Shown here: piece by piece, positions 36,096 through 50,030 of the stretch
Layout: every line of letters begins with the position of its first letter
How positions within the stretch are numbered: the stretch's first letter is position 1
Source of the DNA: Leptogorgia sarmentosa
Taxonomy: Eukaryota
Direction of reading: 5' to 3'
DNA length: 64,000 bases
NCBI GenBank assembly: GCA_964658305.1
Contig: OZ210885.1
Location: forward strand, 2,976,001-3,040,000
Notes under the pieces: model-generated
The model's database searches: none
What the model was told of the DNA's origin: nothing
The model's input: only the letters and a program-made list of their open reading frames with translations
Translations under genes and position numbers: made by a program

Positions 36096-39000
36096 TCAAC
36101 GTCTTGCCAACAAACGTCGCTAAAAAATAGCAGCCCCTACTTCTAGGATAGTGTTACTAAATACATACAACGTTGAACGTTTTTTGGCAACAAAACGAGT
36201 GAAAAAGTCGAAAAAATACGAAAAATTTCTTTCAATTTGCCGTGTCTCGAAGCTGGATGCCTTCTGACATCGCTGACGCGATCTTTTGTCGGTTTATTTA
36301 TAACGAAGACAATGACGAAGACAATGACGAAGACAATGACGAACACTTCTGTCGTGATACTTTTGTTGGCTTCACTTTTCGCTCTATGTTATCGTTCCAG
36401 ATATAATATATAGAGTTCACTGATAATCCCCTGCTTGATTTGGCCGCCATTTTGGGTCAATGTGCATCGTAGGCACTGACCTATAAGAAGACTGGAGAGA
36501 GTGCACGCACTTTTTTTCAGATAAAAGAGTGAAGCCAAAATAATGGCGTGGATTCATGTGATTCGTCATCATTCCATGACAGCACTTGCTCCGTCCTCAT
36601 GGTATTTACCACTGACCAGGCTCAAATCTGAGCCCACTGCCGTTTTCACACCCCTGTCTGCGAGACTGCGTGCGCAGATACAAAAATATGGTTTGATTCC
36701 TCCACCCTCAAAAAATTGTACTGTTCCCCAGAATTAAGACAATCGGAAGAAAGGACAGACACCAGGGGCCGGTTGTATCAAAGGCGTCAAGCTTAAGCGC
36801 TGGATAAGTCGAAAATATCCAACGAAATTATGAAGTATTGACTACAAGGAAACTAAACTTTTCTGTGTAAACATAACAACTATGCATAGAGATAGAACTA
36901 CACATTTAGTTGATAAAATTTAAATTCAATTATTTACAAAATGAATAGAAGTGTTTTTAAAATTTTGCTTATCCACCGTTTAAGCTAAACGTCTTTGGTA
37001 CAACCGGGCAGAACGCGAGCACATGGATTATGGAAATCGATGAGCAAAAACATGCGCGCGCAGCACAAATTATTGTTCGACCGCACCCCTCATTTTCTAA
37101 AATGACCTGGAGGTTGCGAAATCCCCCCGGAATTATCATCCGGACAGAAACAAATCGAGATTTCGACTATACATAGTACCGCGCAAAAGACTGGGTCGAG
37201 TGAACTCTGGGAAATCCTTGTGACGTCAAGAATAGTGTGCTGACTCGCTGGCGCTCGGCAGCAATGAAACTGAAAACGTATTGTGACTTGTCAAGGACTA
37301 CAGTTTACGGAGGCAAACATTCTCGACAGTTCCACTGGTTGCCTCCGGATTCTTTCGTCTTCCGGTTTCTGTGAAAAGAGTTCATCAACATATTTACTTA
37401 CTTAGAATTTTGATAAAGAAATGTATCTTCAAAAACGTGTTAATTTGATAATATAGTTCCAAGCAACACAACCTTCACAACCTAACCTATATCAACTGAT
37501 TTCATTGTTATCTCATACCGGGTAACTATTGAAATCCGCTGGTTTGTCAGAGCCGCCGCGCTCTTTTCCTTTTAAACTGATGGAAAACTATCACATCACA
37601 CTAGTTTGAACTTTGCCTGATTTACATGCATGTTTTAAAGACATGCATGAGTGTTGGTTAGACTATTCTGCCTTAACTTAAGTCATGACAAACGATCGAT
37701 TTTTCTTCACGTTTAATCTCTCTTTTAAAAGCAAAACGAATCTATCTTTTAATACGACGCCCGAAAAAATAGTCCCCGCCCCTTATACCAATGTCAAATA
37801 TTCACTTCAGGTTATCCGTGATTGTAGTAAATGAATGACGTATCATTGACATTTGAGAACACTACCATATTAGGATGCATGCAAGGATGATAGACACTAA
37901 GGCACTAGTTACAGTGATAGATGTATTCTGGAGTAAAGCTTTGTGGTTAAATAATAAATATAAATAACGTAAAGGATATAATTATATTACAGTGATTTAA
38001 AATATTATATAAAAAATATCAATTTTTACATCCTTTACAACGAGTATTATTATAAGAACCAGGCAATGGATGAGCTATTATAAAGCTATATATACATTTT
38101 ACTTGTTTTTAAATCTACCACTCGCATATCACGGGCTGGAAACCGTGGTATTTGAAATTCAAAGAAATTCAAAAATTCGGTGCATCTCAATTCACGAGAC
38201 TCAGTACGAAGGTCAAGACATAATTGCTCGTTTTTTTTTACCCCATTCTTTTTTTTAAAGGTAGGCGTGCTCTACTCTTCTTAGTGTTTCCCGTAGAAAT
38301 ATATAATTTGTAACCCTTCTCGGACAAATATATTTTGCCAAGGCAAAAAAATTGTCCTGAGCACATGATGCGGGACATCGTATTGGCGCAGATGGTGTTG
38401 CTTGGTAGGGCTCCTGAGAAGTGGAGAAGAAAATGTTATTAAAATTACTTTTCAATCAATCACATTACTCACCAAAATATCATATATTTACATTTTTGAA
38501 TTGCTAAATTTGAACTCACCTTTTGTTCTTCTCCAGTTTGTCCTTTGGACTTTTCCATGTTTTCCACTGGTCGCCTCCGGTTTTGTTCTTCATATCTGTA
38601 AAGAGAGTTCATCGAAATATTTATTACTTGGCATTTTGATAAACACATTTATCTTCAAAACACAACCCTCACAAATAAAGCAACCTTCCAAACTATCAAC
38701 CGATTTATTGTACATATCGCATACCGGGTAATTATTGAAATCTATATTTAATGTACAGACTGCGTGCACGATAGTTAATGATTTAAGAAAACAAACTGAC
38801 TGCTCATTACAATTTAGTGATTTAAAAGCAATTAATGGGATCAAACGATCAAACGATCTTCTCGCCCGTATTTACAGGTCCGTAACTCCATCATTCCTTA
38901 GAATGAGTGACAGATGAAAAAGAGGCCACTGAGTAAACAACTACCAAGGTGTAAACATATCACACTAGTCTATCCCATGCACTCATGATGACATCATAGC

Positions 39001-42000
39001 TTATAAAAGACTTCGGAAGGTAATAATGACAAGTAAAACGAAAAGAGCATAAGTTTTCAAGCAGGTGTCTCTCCCTGCTTCTTCGTCGTTTTCTTCAAAG
39101 AAGAAAAATGCCTCAGCTCATGAAATTCAAATTCATTTGGAACATAATATTTGTGGAAAAATTGTCACCAATGCCGAGACAGTTTTAAAGTCTGTTACCC
39201 TGGACCCATTGACAGACAGATCTAAATGTCGGGAAAGGAAATTAAGCATAACATGCACCCTGTAAGCCGGAAAGACCTACCCATCAGGGATATGAGGATA
39301 TCATCAACTACGTGCATGCAGCAACGCTTCGCTAACATCAGTGAAAGAATGGGTCCATTTAGGCATCTATTGCAATCTACATCACATAAACATGTCAATA
39401 CTAGGTAAAGTGCTGTCAGTGCGTTCTATTTGTTCCTAACAACTTGCTATTTGGAATTATTTTGTTTTTACACCTTTTATGGTCCTCTGCTCCATCCTTT
39501 ACGTCAGTCCCTCTATCTAATGCAGTCGGTTGTGCACCAATGTCTGTCGTTTCAGACAACCCTATAACACGTTCGGGAATCTAAAAACACAATTACTTTT
39601 GGTATAGTACTGATTCTATAAAAATTCCTAAAAAATGTTGGGGTGATAGCATAAAAAAGAACAATATAACAATAATGTGCGTTTTATGATGTTTGGTATA
39701 TTCTAATTTTTTAAATTCCAATATTTTTTTGTATCCGCATAGATTTTGCGTTATGCTAACGTTTGCTTGTTTTTGCGTTAATTACATTATGATTCGTTAA
39801 TATTTAAAAATGATAAAAATACAGTCCTAAATTTACAAAAAAACATGAATTTACTGGTAAAAATATTGAATATTTATTTATTTATATGTACCTCCATATC
39901 TAAATCCACGTTGTCTTTGCGGTGCACTGGAGTTTTCTCACTCATAATTGCACCATTCTCAGAATCCCTCTCTTCGTTAGTATTTCTGTTTGTTGAATAC
40001 TGAAGCTAAACGAAATGACATTTTCAGAACACAGAATTTCATTGACATCATTTCATCGGAACCATTCTGTCGTCCTATATTTGTAAATTTTAAGATAGTC
40101 TAGAAGTTGTTTTTGAAGAAGGTCAACGAACCGCACAATGTTCAAGACAAAATCCAGTGTTTTTTTATGATTGTCAATTACACCAAACAATTAAGAAATT
40201 ATTTGATGAGGTTTTTGTGATATGCGGAATTATCAAGGTCGAGGTAAGCCTTATAATCAGCCGAGCCGAATGTTTTATCATACATTTGAAGAATAATAAA
40301 CAAAGTATTAACACATGAAAAACTTTATTTATGATATAAGCATAATAAGCATTGCATTTGTCTGTGTTAATTAAATAGATACCGCTTGCTAATCATCGCA
40401 GGCTCATTTTGCAGACAACTCAATCATCTGCTGGCAGATAACTGGATTTTCTGTAGGTTGCGTGAAGCTCTTAGCCAATCAAATTGCTATTACCAATTAC
40501 AATGTATAATAACTTAAGTTACATGCAAAATAATATACAGTTAGCATTGCATTTGTAAATACATCGATACTGTACGTACCTGCTTTAATCGTTGGTGTTT
40601 TTCAACGAGTATTTTATTTTGCTTTCTTAGCGTTGTTACCTCCTTACAGAAGATACAGAAAGATTGTCAGTAACAAATCACAAAATTCCTGCCACCCAAT
40701 CAGTTATCAATGAGTTCGATTAATTGGTGCCAGTACCTAGTACGTAAAAAATAAACTTCGAATTGGCTATCACTAATACCTAATGAACTAGCTCTTCCTG
40801 TTGAATGTAGTAATTCATGCTACTGTAATTTGTTTAAGTGTGTGTCAGAAAGTCAAGGTTTATATATACTTCTTTCACCTTTTGCAAATATATAACCAAA
40901 TCATGCTTTCCGACCATGCTCCTTAACCATGATCCTCAACCATGCCCTTGATCATGTTTCCTAACTAATGCTCTTTAACTGTGCTTTAACCAAAACTTAC
41001 CGGGAATAATGTTCAAGACAAAATCCAGTATATGACTGTGCGCATGTTTTTTTATGAAAATAATTAAGAAATTATTTGATGAGGTTTTTGTGATATGCGG
41101 AATTATCAAGGTCGAGGTAAGCCTTATCATCAGCCGAGCCGAATGTTTTATCATACATTTGAAGAATAATAAACAAAGTATTAACACATGGAAAACTTTA
41201 TTTGACGTATAGGTAATAGTATGGTTTCGAGTGCAATTTGGAATTAACATGCACGAGTGAGTTTTCCAAAGTCCTCAAAATAGCACGAGTCCGAAGAACG
41301 AGTGCTATTTGAGAGTTTTGAGGTCTTTGGAAAACTCACGAGTGTATGTTATCCAAATTGCACGAGAAACCATACTCTTACTTGTTAATAGTTTGCATAA
41401 AAGTATTTGAGACAATTGTAGTTTTAACTGTCTCAAAGCGAAATTTCACCGGCAGAGTTTTCTTGCTTAGTTTATTTCACATTTTACAGCGATAACGGTT
41501 TCAAAAATTCACCCAAACACGTAACTTTTGTTAGTCTTGTTGGAGATAAACTTTTTTCCGTCATAAGAAAAAGCTAAAAGCTATATTTTCGACTCTAATT
41601 TGATTGGTTGAAAGTGATAACAATTGCACCGTGATAACACAAAATTGCACTGTGATAACATGTGCACGAAATTTTCACACTGTGATTACACAAAATTGCA
41701 CTGTGATTACACAAAATTGCACTGTGATTACAGAAAATTGCACTGTGATTACACGAAATTGCACTGTGATTACAGAAAATTGCACTGTGATTACAGAAAA
41801 TTGCACTGTGATTACACGAAATTGCACTGTGATTACACAAAATTGTACTGTGATTACAGAAAATTGTACTGTGATAACACGAAATTGCACTGTGATTACA
41901 GAAAATTGCACTGTGATTACAGAAAATTGCACTGTGATTACAAAAAATTGCACTGTGATTACAGAAAATTGCACTGTGATTTGGGATTAACTGCACTGAA

Positions 42001-43513
42001 ATGAACCAATTGGAGTCGAGTAATACTTTTATGTATATTAATAATGATATAATAAGCATTTGTCTGTGTTAATTAAATAGATACCGCTTGCTAATCATTG
42101 CAGGTTCATTTTGCAGACAACTCAGTCATCTGCTAGCAGATAACTGGATTTTCTGCATGTTGTGTGAAGCTCTTAGCCAATCAAATTGCTATTACCAATT
42201 ACAATGTATAATAACTTAAGTTACATGCAAAATAATACAGTTAGCATTGCATAAATTGTAAATACATCAATACTGTACGTACCTGCTTTAATCGTTGGTT
42301 TCCTTCAACGAGTATTTTATTTTGCTTTCTTAGCGTTGTTACCTCCTTACAGAAGATACAGAAAGATTGTCAGTAACAAATCACAAAATTCCTACCACCC
42401 AATCAGTTATCAATGAGTTCGATTAATTGGTGCCAGGCCTTGTTCGTAAACTTCCAATTGGCTGTGATCACTAATAGCTAATGACCAGTAATTCTTGCTA
42501 CTATAATTTGCAGTAACATTGTAAAATATGTGCTGGCTAAATACACTGATGCATGTCTCCTTTAATTCTTGGTTTTCTACTGTCAGTTGCCTTTGCAACT
42601 GTTCAACCTTCAGAAGAGACAGACAGTCAGATTGTTACAAATCACAAAACCCAATCACTCATCAATGAGTTCGATTAATTGGTGTTCAATGTAGGTAATT
42701 CTTGCTACTGTGCCTTAACCAAACCTTAATCATGCTTTCATTGTGCCTTTACCATACCCTTATCCTGCCATTACCGTGCTCCTTAACTATGCTATTCAAC
42801 CATGCTCATCAACCATTCTCCTTTAACCATTCTCCTTAACCATGCTTTAACTATGCCTTAATTGTACCTTAATCGTGCTGCTCAACTATGCTCCTCAACT
42901 GTGCTCTTTAACCATGCTTATGAGTTATGAAACAACTCTCTAACAATGTTCCTTAATTTACCATGCCTTAACTGTATCCTAACCATACCTTGACCATAAT
43001 TTAACCGTCCCTTAATCATGCAAAAAACGGTGTCTCAACCATACCCATACTATGCCTTATAACCATCCCTTAACCGTACCTTCTTCACCATACCTTAACC
43101 ATGCCTTAACAGTACCTTAACCATACCTTAACTATGCATAAATGAATAGAATGGGAGTGTTTGTGTTCTAGTTGGTGCGTAATGATTCGATGATATTCAG
43201 CCCTATTAATATGCAATATAGCGATTAAATTGCCAAATATTCTGTACTGTAATGGATTACATATACTGAATCTATGTATTGACTATTGACAGACTAAGAT
43301 CGACGATCACAACATTCTTAGTACATAATTATATCATTACTTACATTAACCTTTTCCAAATCCATATGTCGCAAAAGACCTCTGGCAAAAGACAATGATA
43401 TCTAAATAAATACAGACATATTCAAACAATTATCTGACATTATACATCAAAACGGAAATATTAAATTCCAAAATAATAATGAACCTCCTTAAACAGATAA
43501 TGTTAATGTAATA

Positions 43514-43694
43514 ATATTAGACCTATAATAGATTTATATGCTCTAAAGACTATATTATATAGAGACATAATATTACTAATCCCTCATTCTGTTTTGTTAC
43601 ATCTAACCCTTTTCTTCTTATACTATACTTTATACGCTTAGCAATACCTGTAAATAGGTCATGCAAATAAAAGCTTTAATAATAATAATAATAA
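43514..43694 (+). mobile_element. 5'-truncated non-LTR retrotransposon 3' end (181 bp)
   Basis: Present only in copy 4. Contains aataaa followed by an (aat)n tail; ~10-bp TSD taatgtaata. Confidence 0.8.
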
Positions 43695-43848
43695 TAATGT
43701 AATACTACTCCAATTACGCACTGTACTAACAATTCCAAAACTTCACACACAAAAATGTTTACAAATGACATTACATGGGTTTTTTTCGTTTTTTTCTTCA
43801 ATACTATCTTCAATATTATTTCGATTACTCAGCATAAAAATCAGTGAT

Positions 43849-44453
43849 CAGCGCTCTCACAACGAATTTTCAAAATTCCTTAGCGTGAGCTCCGGAATTC
43901 CTCAGATATTCCCAAAATTCCTTAAATGACTTGTTTATCCTTGCAACTACCCCCAAAGTACCCTGCAATCCCGTTCTTTTGCCTCTTGTTTTAAAAACAA
44001 GACTCAAATAGTTTCAAAATCGTTAATAAACACAATTTGTGAGGTACCTGAGCTTACTAAAGTATATACAAGATAAAATGGGATAGAATGAGCGACTTAT
44101 CATCTCCTGAGCCGGACCGGAAGCGCACATTCGCGCAATTTATCAGAAACTATAATTATGTAAATTAACTATAATCACCATTTTTTAAATTTTAGTTTGC
44201 TGTGACATGTGTTTCGCAGGCATTTTACCACTAAGATAAAGAATTACCTTATTATTAATTAGTAATTCTTTAGCTCAGGGCATTTTACCAAAGGCTTTTC
44301 TCACTGAGCTAAAGAATTACTGGAGAGAGTGGCTTTTCTCGAAATATTAAAATTCCTTAGAAAATTCCTTAAAAATTGAACTCCTTAAAAAAATCCTTAA
44401 AACTTTGCTAAATTCCTATTTCTGAGGAAAAATCCTTAGAAGTGAGAGCACTG
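43849..44453 (+). mobile_element. MITE C (605 bp)
   Basis: TIRs and a perfect tcagtgat TSD. Confidence 0.93.
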
Positions 44454-44710
44454 TCAGTGATAAAAATATATATTCAAGCAGCTGGGAAAATTGAGGAAAA
44501 TTGAGGTGGAAAATTGCTGGAAAATTGAGGAAATTGCAACAGCTGGGAAATTTGTGGCGCATGCGCTAGATTTGGCTTGCGTGGAATCCCACGAATAATG
44601 AACTCGCGCGCGAATTTCGAATGTCGTGGAAGCATAACAATAAGAAATTCCTATTCAAACTAATTAAATATTCATGATCCCGATGACGTCATTAGCAGTA
44701 TATAATCCCC

Positions 44711-45862
44711 TGCTTGATTTGGCCGCCATTTTGGGTCAATGTGCATCGTAGGCACTGAGCTATAAGAAGACTGGAGAGAGTGCACGCACTTTTTTTCAGA
44801 TAAAAGAGTGAAGCCAAAATAATGGCATGGATTCATGTGATTCGTCATCATTCCATGACAGCACTTGCTCCGTCCTCATGGTATTTACCACTGACCAGGC
44901 TCAAATCTGAGCCCACTGCCGTTTTCACACCCCTGTCTGCGAGACTGCGTGCGGAGATACAAAAATATGGTTTGATTCCTCCACCCTCAAAAAATTGTAC
45001 TGTTCCCCAGAATTAAGACAATCGGAAGAAAGGACAGACACCAGGGGCCGGTTGTATCAAAGGCGTCAAGCTTAAGCGCTGGATAAGTCGAAAATATCCA
45101 ACGAAATTATGAAGTATTGACTACAAGGAAACTAAACTTTTCTGTGTAAACATAACAACTATGCATAGAGATAGAACTACACATTTAGTTGATAAAATTT
45201 AAATTCAATTATTTACAAAATGAATAGGAGTGTTTTTAAAATTTTGCTTATCCACCGTTTAAGCTAAACGTCTTTGGTACAACTGGCCGAACGCGAGCAC
45301 ATGGATTATGGAAATCGATGAGCAAAAACATGCGTGCGCAGCACAAATTATTGTTCGACCGCACCCCTCATTTTCTAAAATGACCTGGAGGTTGCGAAAT
45401 CCCCCCGGAATTATCATCCGGACAGAAACAAATCGAGATTTCGACTATACATAGTTCCGCGCAAAAGACTGGGTCGAGTGAACTCTGGGAAATCCTTGTG
45501 ACGTCAAGAATAGTGTGCTGATTATTGTTATATTGTGACTTGTCAAGGACTACAGTTTACGGAGGCAAACATTCTCGACAGTTCCACTGGTTGCCTCCGG
45601 ATTCTTTCGTCTTCGTTTCTGTGAAAAGAGTTCATCAACATATTTACTTACTTAGCATTTTGATAAAGAAATGTATCTTCAAAAACGTGTTAATTTGATA
45701 ATTTAGTTCCAAGCAACACAACCTTCACAACCTAACCTATATCAACTGATTTCATTGTTATCTCATACCGGGTAACTATTGAAATCCGCTAGTTTGTCAG
45801 AGCCGCCGCGCTCTTTTCCTTTTAAACTGATGGAAAACTATCACATCACACTAGTTTGAACT
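44711..45862. repeat. Partial, more diverged array copy 5
   Basis: Matches ~474-1654 with multiple SNPs and a replaced segment at ~45521-45530. Confidence 0.9.
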
Positions 45863-45879
45863 CATGCAGTCATGACTTA

Positions 45880-46640
45880 TCCCAGCACTAGAAACAGCGG
45901 AAAGGAAAGTAATGAGAAGTAAATGTTTTTCGTGGACGGTTCTTGTCTCCCCCTGCTTCTTATGTTTGTAAGTCGACGTTACTGGAGAATTGGTGCAATT
46001 GTAAACTTTAAACTAGTACGCTGCTATCGTTCATGGTTCAAAGAAGAAAAATGCCTTGAGGAGCTCATGAAATTCAAATTCATTTGGAACATAATATTTC
46101 TGGAAAAATTGTCACCATTGAACATGCCGCGTTGCTGGACAACAAAGATCATGCAAACACTGTTTTGCTGCTTTTTATTTATTACGAAACTGTTTTATCC
46201 TGAGTTTGGACAATGCTACCTCAGAATAAGCAGTTATAGCACAGCCTCGTCCCCGGCGCTTTAAAACAATTGCGCGGTCACGTGACACGCGCGTGGAAGT
46301 AGCACATTCTTACAATAATGAATGCTGAGATAGTTTTATAGCCTGCTACACTCGACCCATTGACAGACAGATCTAAATGTCGGCAAAGGAAAGCATAATA
46401 ACATGCACACTGTAAGCCCGAAGAAATATAAATTTCTACCCATCCGGATATGAGGATATCATCAACTACTGTACGTGCATGCAGCAACGCTTCGCTAACA
46501 TCAGAGAAAAGAATTCTGTTGGTCCATTTAGGCATATCCACTGCAATAACCATGTGATTATGTTATGTGATGCAATGTGGACATCACATAAGCACGTCAA
46601 TATTCCGTCAAGTGCTTTCAATGCGCTATGTTTGTTCTAT
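45880..46640. repeat. Diverged paralog of unit segment ~3060-3480 beyond the array edge
   Basis: Shared ttcaaagaagaaaaatgcc, gctcatgaaattcaaattcatttggaacataatattt, gacccattgacagacagatctaaatgtcgg and gcatgcagcaacgcttcgctaacatcag. Confidence 0.85.
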
Positions 46641-47730
46641 TAAAATTGTGAAACCGTTTCAGCCGTGCAAAAATTCGACCTTTTCGTCTTGATTTTTCAA
46701 ACGGAAACATGAGACCGCTGTTGGTCAGTGGAAATTATATGAGAAATAAGAACCAGTGGCGTCAGCAACGGTAAAATCCGCCATGTTTTTGGCTTCAATT
46801 TGTTGTATGAAAAAGGTTCAGTCCACTCTGTTCCCCAGTTCTCCAAGAGGAACTCCAAAGTTCCCCAGTTTGGCCACTAAGTAGTAAGTCCGATGCCGTT
46901 TCTCCAGCTTGGAGTTACGGTATTTTGATATTAACACTTTCACAATGTCTGGGATGTTGAAAAAAACGAAAATAAATTTTCATGTAAGCGTATGCGCAAT
47001 GCGCTTGACGAAATTCATTTCGGATTTTTTCACTCAAAAAAAATATTTTCGTTTTTTCCTTGACTATCCTTGCCTTTTAAGGTGGGGTTCTACCTGAAAA
47101 TTTGAAAAACATTAAATGTTCAGAAAAAGCAAAATCTAAAGCAGAGAACATCCTTTTCATCCAAAATGACAACTTCACGAAAACAGCTTTGTTTCATGGC
47201 GTTTAGCGCCAAATTTTGCGGGCCGCGCGAGAAAGTACTGGGAACGAGTAACGAATTCTCGTAATACAGCGCGCTAAAATGGCGGAATAAACAACACTTG
47301 TAGATTGTGCCATGTTGTTTATTGCCATACATGACCTAACGTCGAAGGTATGGGTGAAGACATCATAAAGACTAATGATCCCAGTCCACGTCACACAAAG
47401 AACTGTGTGGTAGAAGTACAAAACGACTTTATAGTTGTTTGTATGGGAGTCTTCGATGTTAGGTCGTCTCCAACCAAGGTGAAGAATTTTCAAAGAATAA
47501 TTCGTTGAAATATCTAAGTTAAATGGGTACTACAGTCGCTGTATTCTTTCGAAATGTTTGTATTTTGACTTGCTTGGAGGGGGGCTATGATGGGTGCTGT
47601 CAAAATTCTTAACAGCTATCCCATAATTCCATATGCCCTTGGACTATTGCAATATTGTTTATAATATCATGAAGTATTATGTTTTTTCGACTTTTCAAAA
47701 ATTTTACATATTATATTATTGGTAACTATT

Positions 47731-48385
47731 TAGTCAAGGAAGAAGAAAAAACGCGAAAAGAATTCGTCAAGGGCCCTACCATCCGCACAGAACGAGTCTG
47801 GTAGATCGCCAGTAGGGACTTACTAAGGCAACCGGAACGCATCGGGGATGCCCGCTATCGCTTGACCGGTACAAATGTATGACTTTGACATTCAGGACAC
47901 TCAGAGAGCAGGGAGATGCAGATCGGCCCCTAGACCATATGTGATAAGCACCTTGTCCTTGAGCGAAAGGCAATGTCGTAGCACTTGAACCAATAGACTA
48001 TATTACGTCTTCGTATTTGTATACGTCGCACTCTTCAGGCGTGGTTGTTGTGGGACTCTTTTTGTGAATCCCATTGCGCATGCGCTTACGTCAAAATTTG
48101 TTTTCTTCGTTTTTCTTTGTGTTTTTCAACATCCCAGACATTGTGAAAGTGTTAATAAGCAAGGATAGTCAAGGAAGAAGAAAAAACGCGAAAAGAATTC
48201 GTCAAGGGCCCTACCATCCGCACAGAACGAGTCTGGTAGATCGCCAGTAGGGACTTACTAAGGCAACCGGAACGCATCGGGGATGCCCGCTATCACTTGA
48301 CCGGTACAAATGTATGACTTTGACATTCAGGACACTCAGAGAGCAGGGAGATGCAGATCGGCCCCTAGACCATATGCCATATGTG
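47731..48385 (-). repeat. ~435-bp element in ~1.5 head-to-tail copies; internally deleted, inverted relative at ~46930-47073
   Basis: 47731-47945 repeats at 48166-48385. The termini attaacactttcacaatgtctgggatgttg and ttccttgactatccttgc also bound 46930-47073 on the opposite strand. Confidence 0.7.
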
Positions 48386-48710
48386 ATAGAGCAAAGTAAT
48401 TTCAGAAGAATATAGATACGAGTTCAGAAACCTCAAATATGCCAGTTATGTGCGAGCACATGAAATGATTGACTTGAAGGGAATTCTCCTCTTTGGTGTT
48501 TTTGATGGCCTTTGAGGTTGGGTCAAGTGAGTATGAATGTTATTGAGGGTTTAATGTCACCAATTGCCGCAGGGAGGCAATTTAAGCTTTACCTGGAAAT
48601 CCAGAGAATCAAATATTATCGTCGCTTATTTTGATTGTCAGTGCTTTCACTTCGATAAAATTGACTGTGTTGGAAAAGCGTAGTGTACGTATAGCTAACC
48701 AAAATTGCAG

Positions 48711-48949
48711 GGGCCGGTTGTACGAAGCCCGTTTAACCTAAACGGCGGATAAGCTGAAAAATAAAAACAAGTCTATCAATTCATTGAACAACAAAACTGA
48801 AAGTTTTCAACATGAACAGAACATCTATGACTGCCACGACGTATTTAGTGCATGAAATTTAAATTCATACGTTTACAAGAGTTGTGAGAGTGTTATTAAA
48901 TTTTGGCTTATCCACCGTTTAGGCTAAACGGGCTTCGTACAACCGGCCC
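48711..48949. mobile_element. PIF/Harbinger-like MITE (239 bp)
   Basis: ~45-bp TIR gggccggttgtacgaagcccgtttaacctaaacggcggataagc; 3-bp TSD cag. Confidence 0.9.
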
Positions 48950-49751
48950 CAGGTAAATTATGGCAATCTGGTTTAATCCCACCTATTCTTAATCTTAAAA
49001 ACTGCGTGGCCCAGTCTACTAGTTGTTTTGGATGTCAACACAGTGCGATTGAACATGTCTATATTAAACCTTATCATCTGTTTTGCTCTTCCTACAATTA
49101 AATTTAACGAATGAGCAATGCTTGACTGACCGCTTCTACTAAAAAATCATTAAATTCTGAAATGATTACAGGAGTTTTGCCATGCTGATTATAAGCAAAC
49201 AAACACTGCAAAAATGCTGATTACATGGTAATATCAGTTTGTATCTCCACCGGTTCATTCAACACCAGCCGTTTAGTTTAATATCTTGACGTGTAAGGTG
49301 TCAGGTAATGATTAGTATGCCAAATAATTGATAATTTTATTCGGTTTGGTTTGTTTGGCAGAAACTACGAGTGGGTGTCGTTGACAAGCCGGCATGTGGC
49401 AGATTATTTCAAAAGTATTGTACTGGGATAACGTAGGGCAATTATTGAACTTCACTGCAGCTAAAGCATGTTATCTGCTGTAGTTATCTGTGTATAAATG
49501 GTAGCAATCTATGGCACTACAATTGAGTGGGCGGCCTTTTCCCTACGGGGTATGCAAACCTGTGTTCCAACCATAGCTACATATACAGTTGAAATTTGAA
49601 TCAATGTATAACGGCTGTCTTTGCAAAGCTACACTGCAAACCTGAAGACAAGAGCACACACGTTCAGTCAAGCTCTATTGTTGAATATTACAGCTATTTT
49701 TTGAATTGTTCTCGTAAGTAGTTATTTACAATGTCCCTAAAAAATGGACGA

Positions 49752-50030
49752 ATAGATAGATAGATAGATTGTTTAATGAAAAAACCTTTTGCAGCTATTA
49801 AGTTGAATTATTAAGGTATTAGAAATATTTACAAAGATAATTTAATAAAGTCTGCTATTATTCAAATTAGAGTTATTAGATTAATGTTTTTGTTAAAATG
49901 AAGAGAGCTAGATATTAAAAGCGACTTTTTAAGTCGATTAGTTTTACATATTGGAATAGTAAAAGCTCTTAAGTTCCTATGAGAGTTTGTTTGGTTTTCG
50001 TTACGTGGAACAAGGTCGTAGAGTGCAGCC
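49752..50030 (-). mobile_element. LINE 3' fragment (ORF2 C-terminus, 3'UTR and (ctat)n tail)
   Basis: Minus strand reads LYDLVPRNENQTNSHRNLRAFTIPICKTNRLKKSL, resembling the C-terminal L..L.P...LR...P...T.R...SF motif of CR1/L2-group ORF2. (atag)n at 49752-49769. Confidence 0.7.

Larger units (their letters stand above)
31641..36422. mobile_element. MITE A copy with intact left TIR, containing the 4017-bp HINE trimer
   Basis: Same TIRs and TSD; 4782 = 765 + 4017. Confidence 0.9.
31942..44710. repeat. Array copy 4, containing the HINE trimer, a LINE fragment and MITE C; ends at the empty site for MITE A
   Basis: Collinear with copy 1 apart from the listed insertions and several SNPs (e.g. near 37407, 37541, 37809, 38549, 39009). 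Confidence 0.93.
1..45862. repeat. Tandem array (macrosatellite-like) of a ~8.6-kb non-coding unit; 4 copies plus a partial 5th; continues left of the window
   Basis: Sequence at 1 (cagaaaaagaaagataacc) recurs at 8613, 23271 (one SNP) and 31942. Identical ORF-track entries recur at offsets 8612, ~23156-23270 and ~35958. Homology stops after ctagtttgaact at 45862. Confidence 0.97.
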
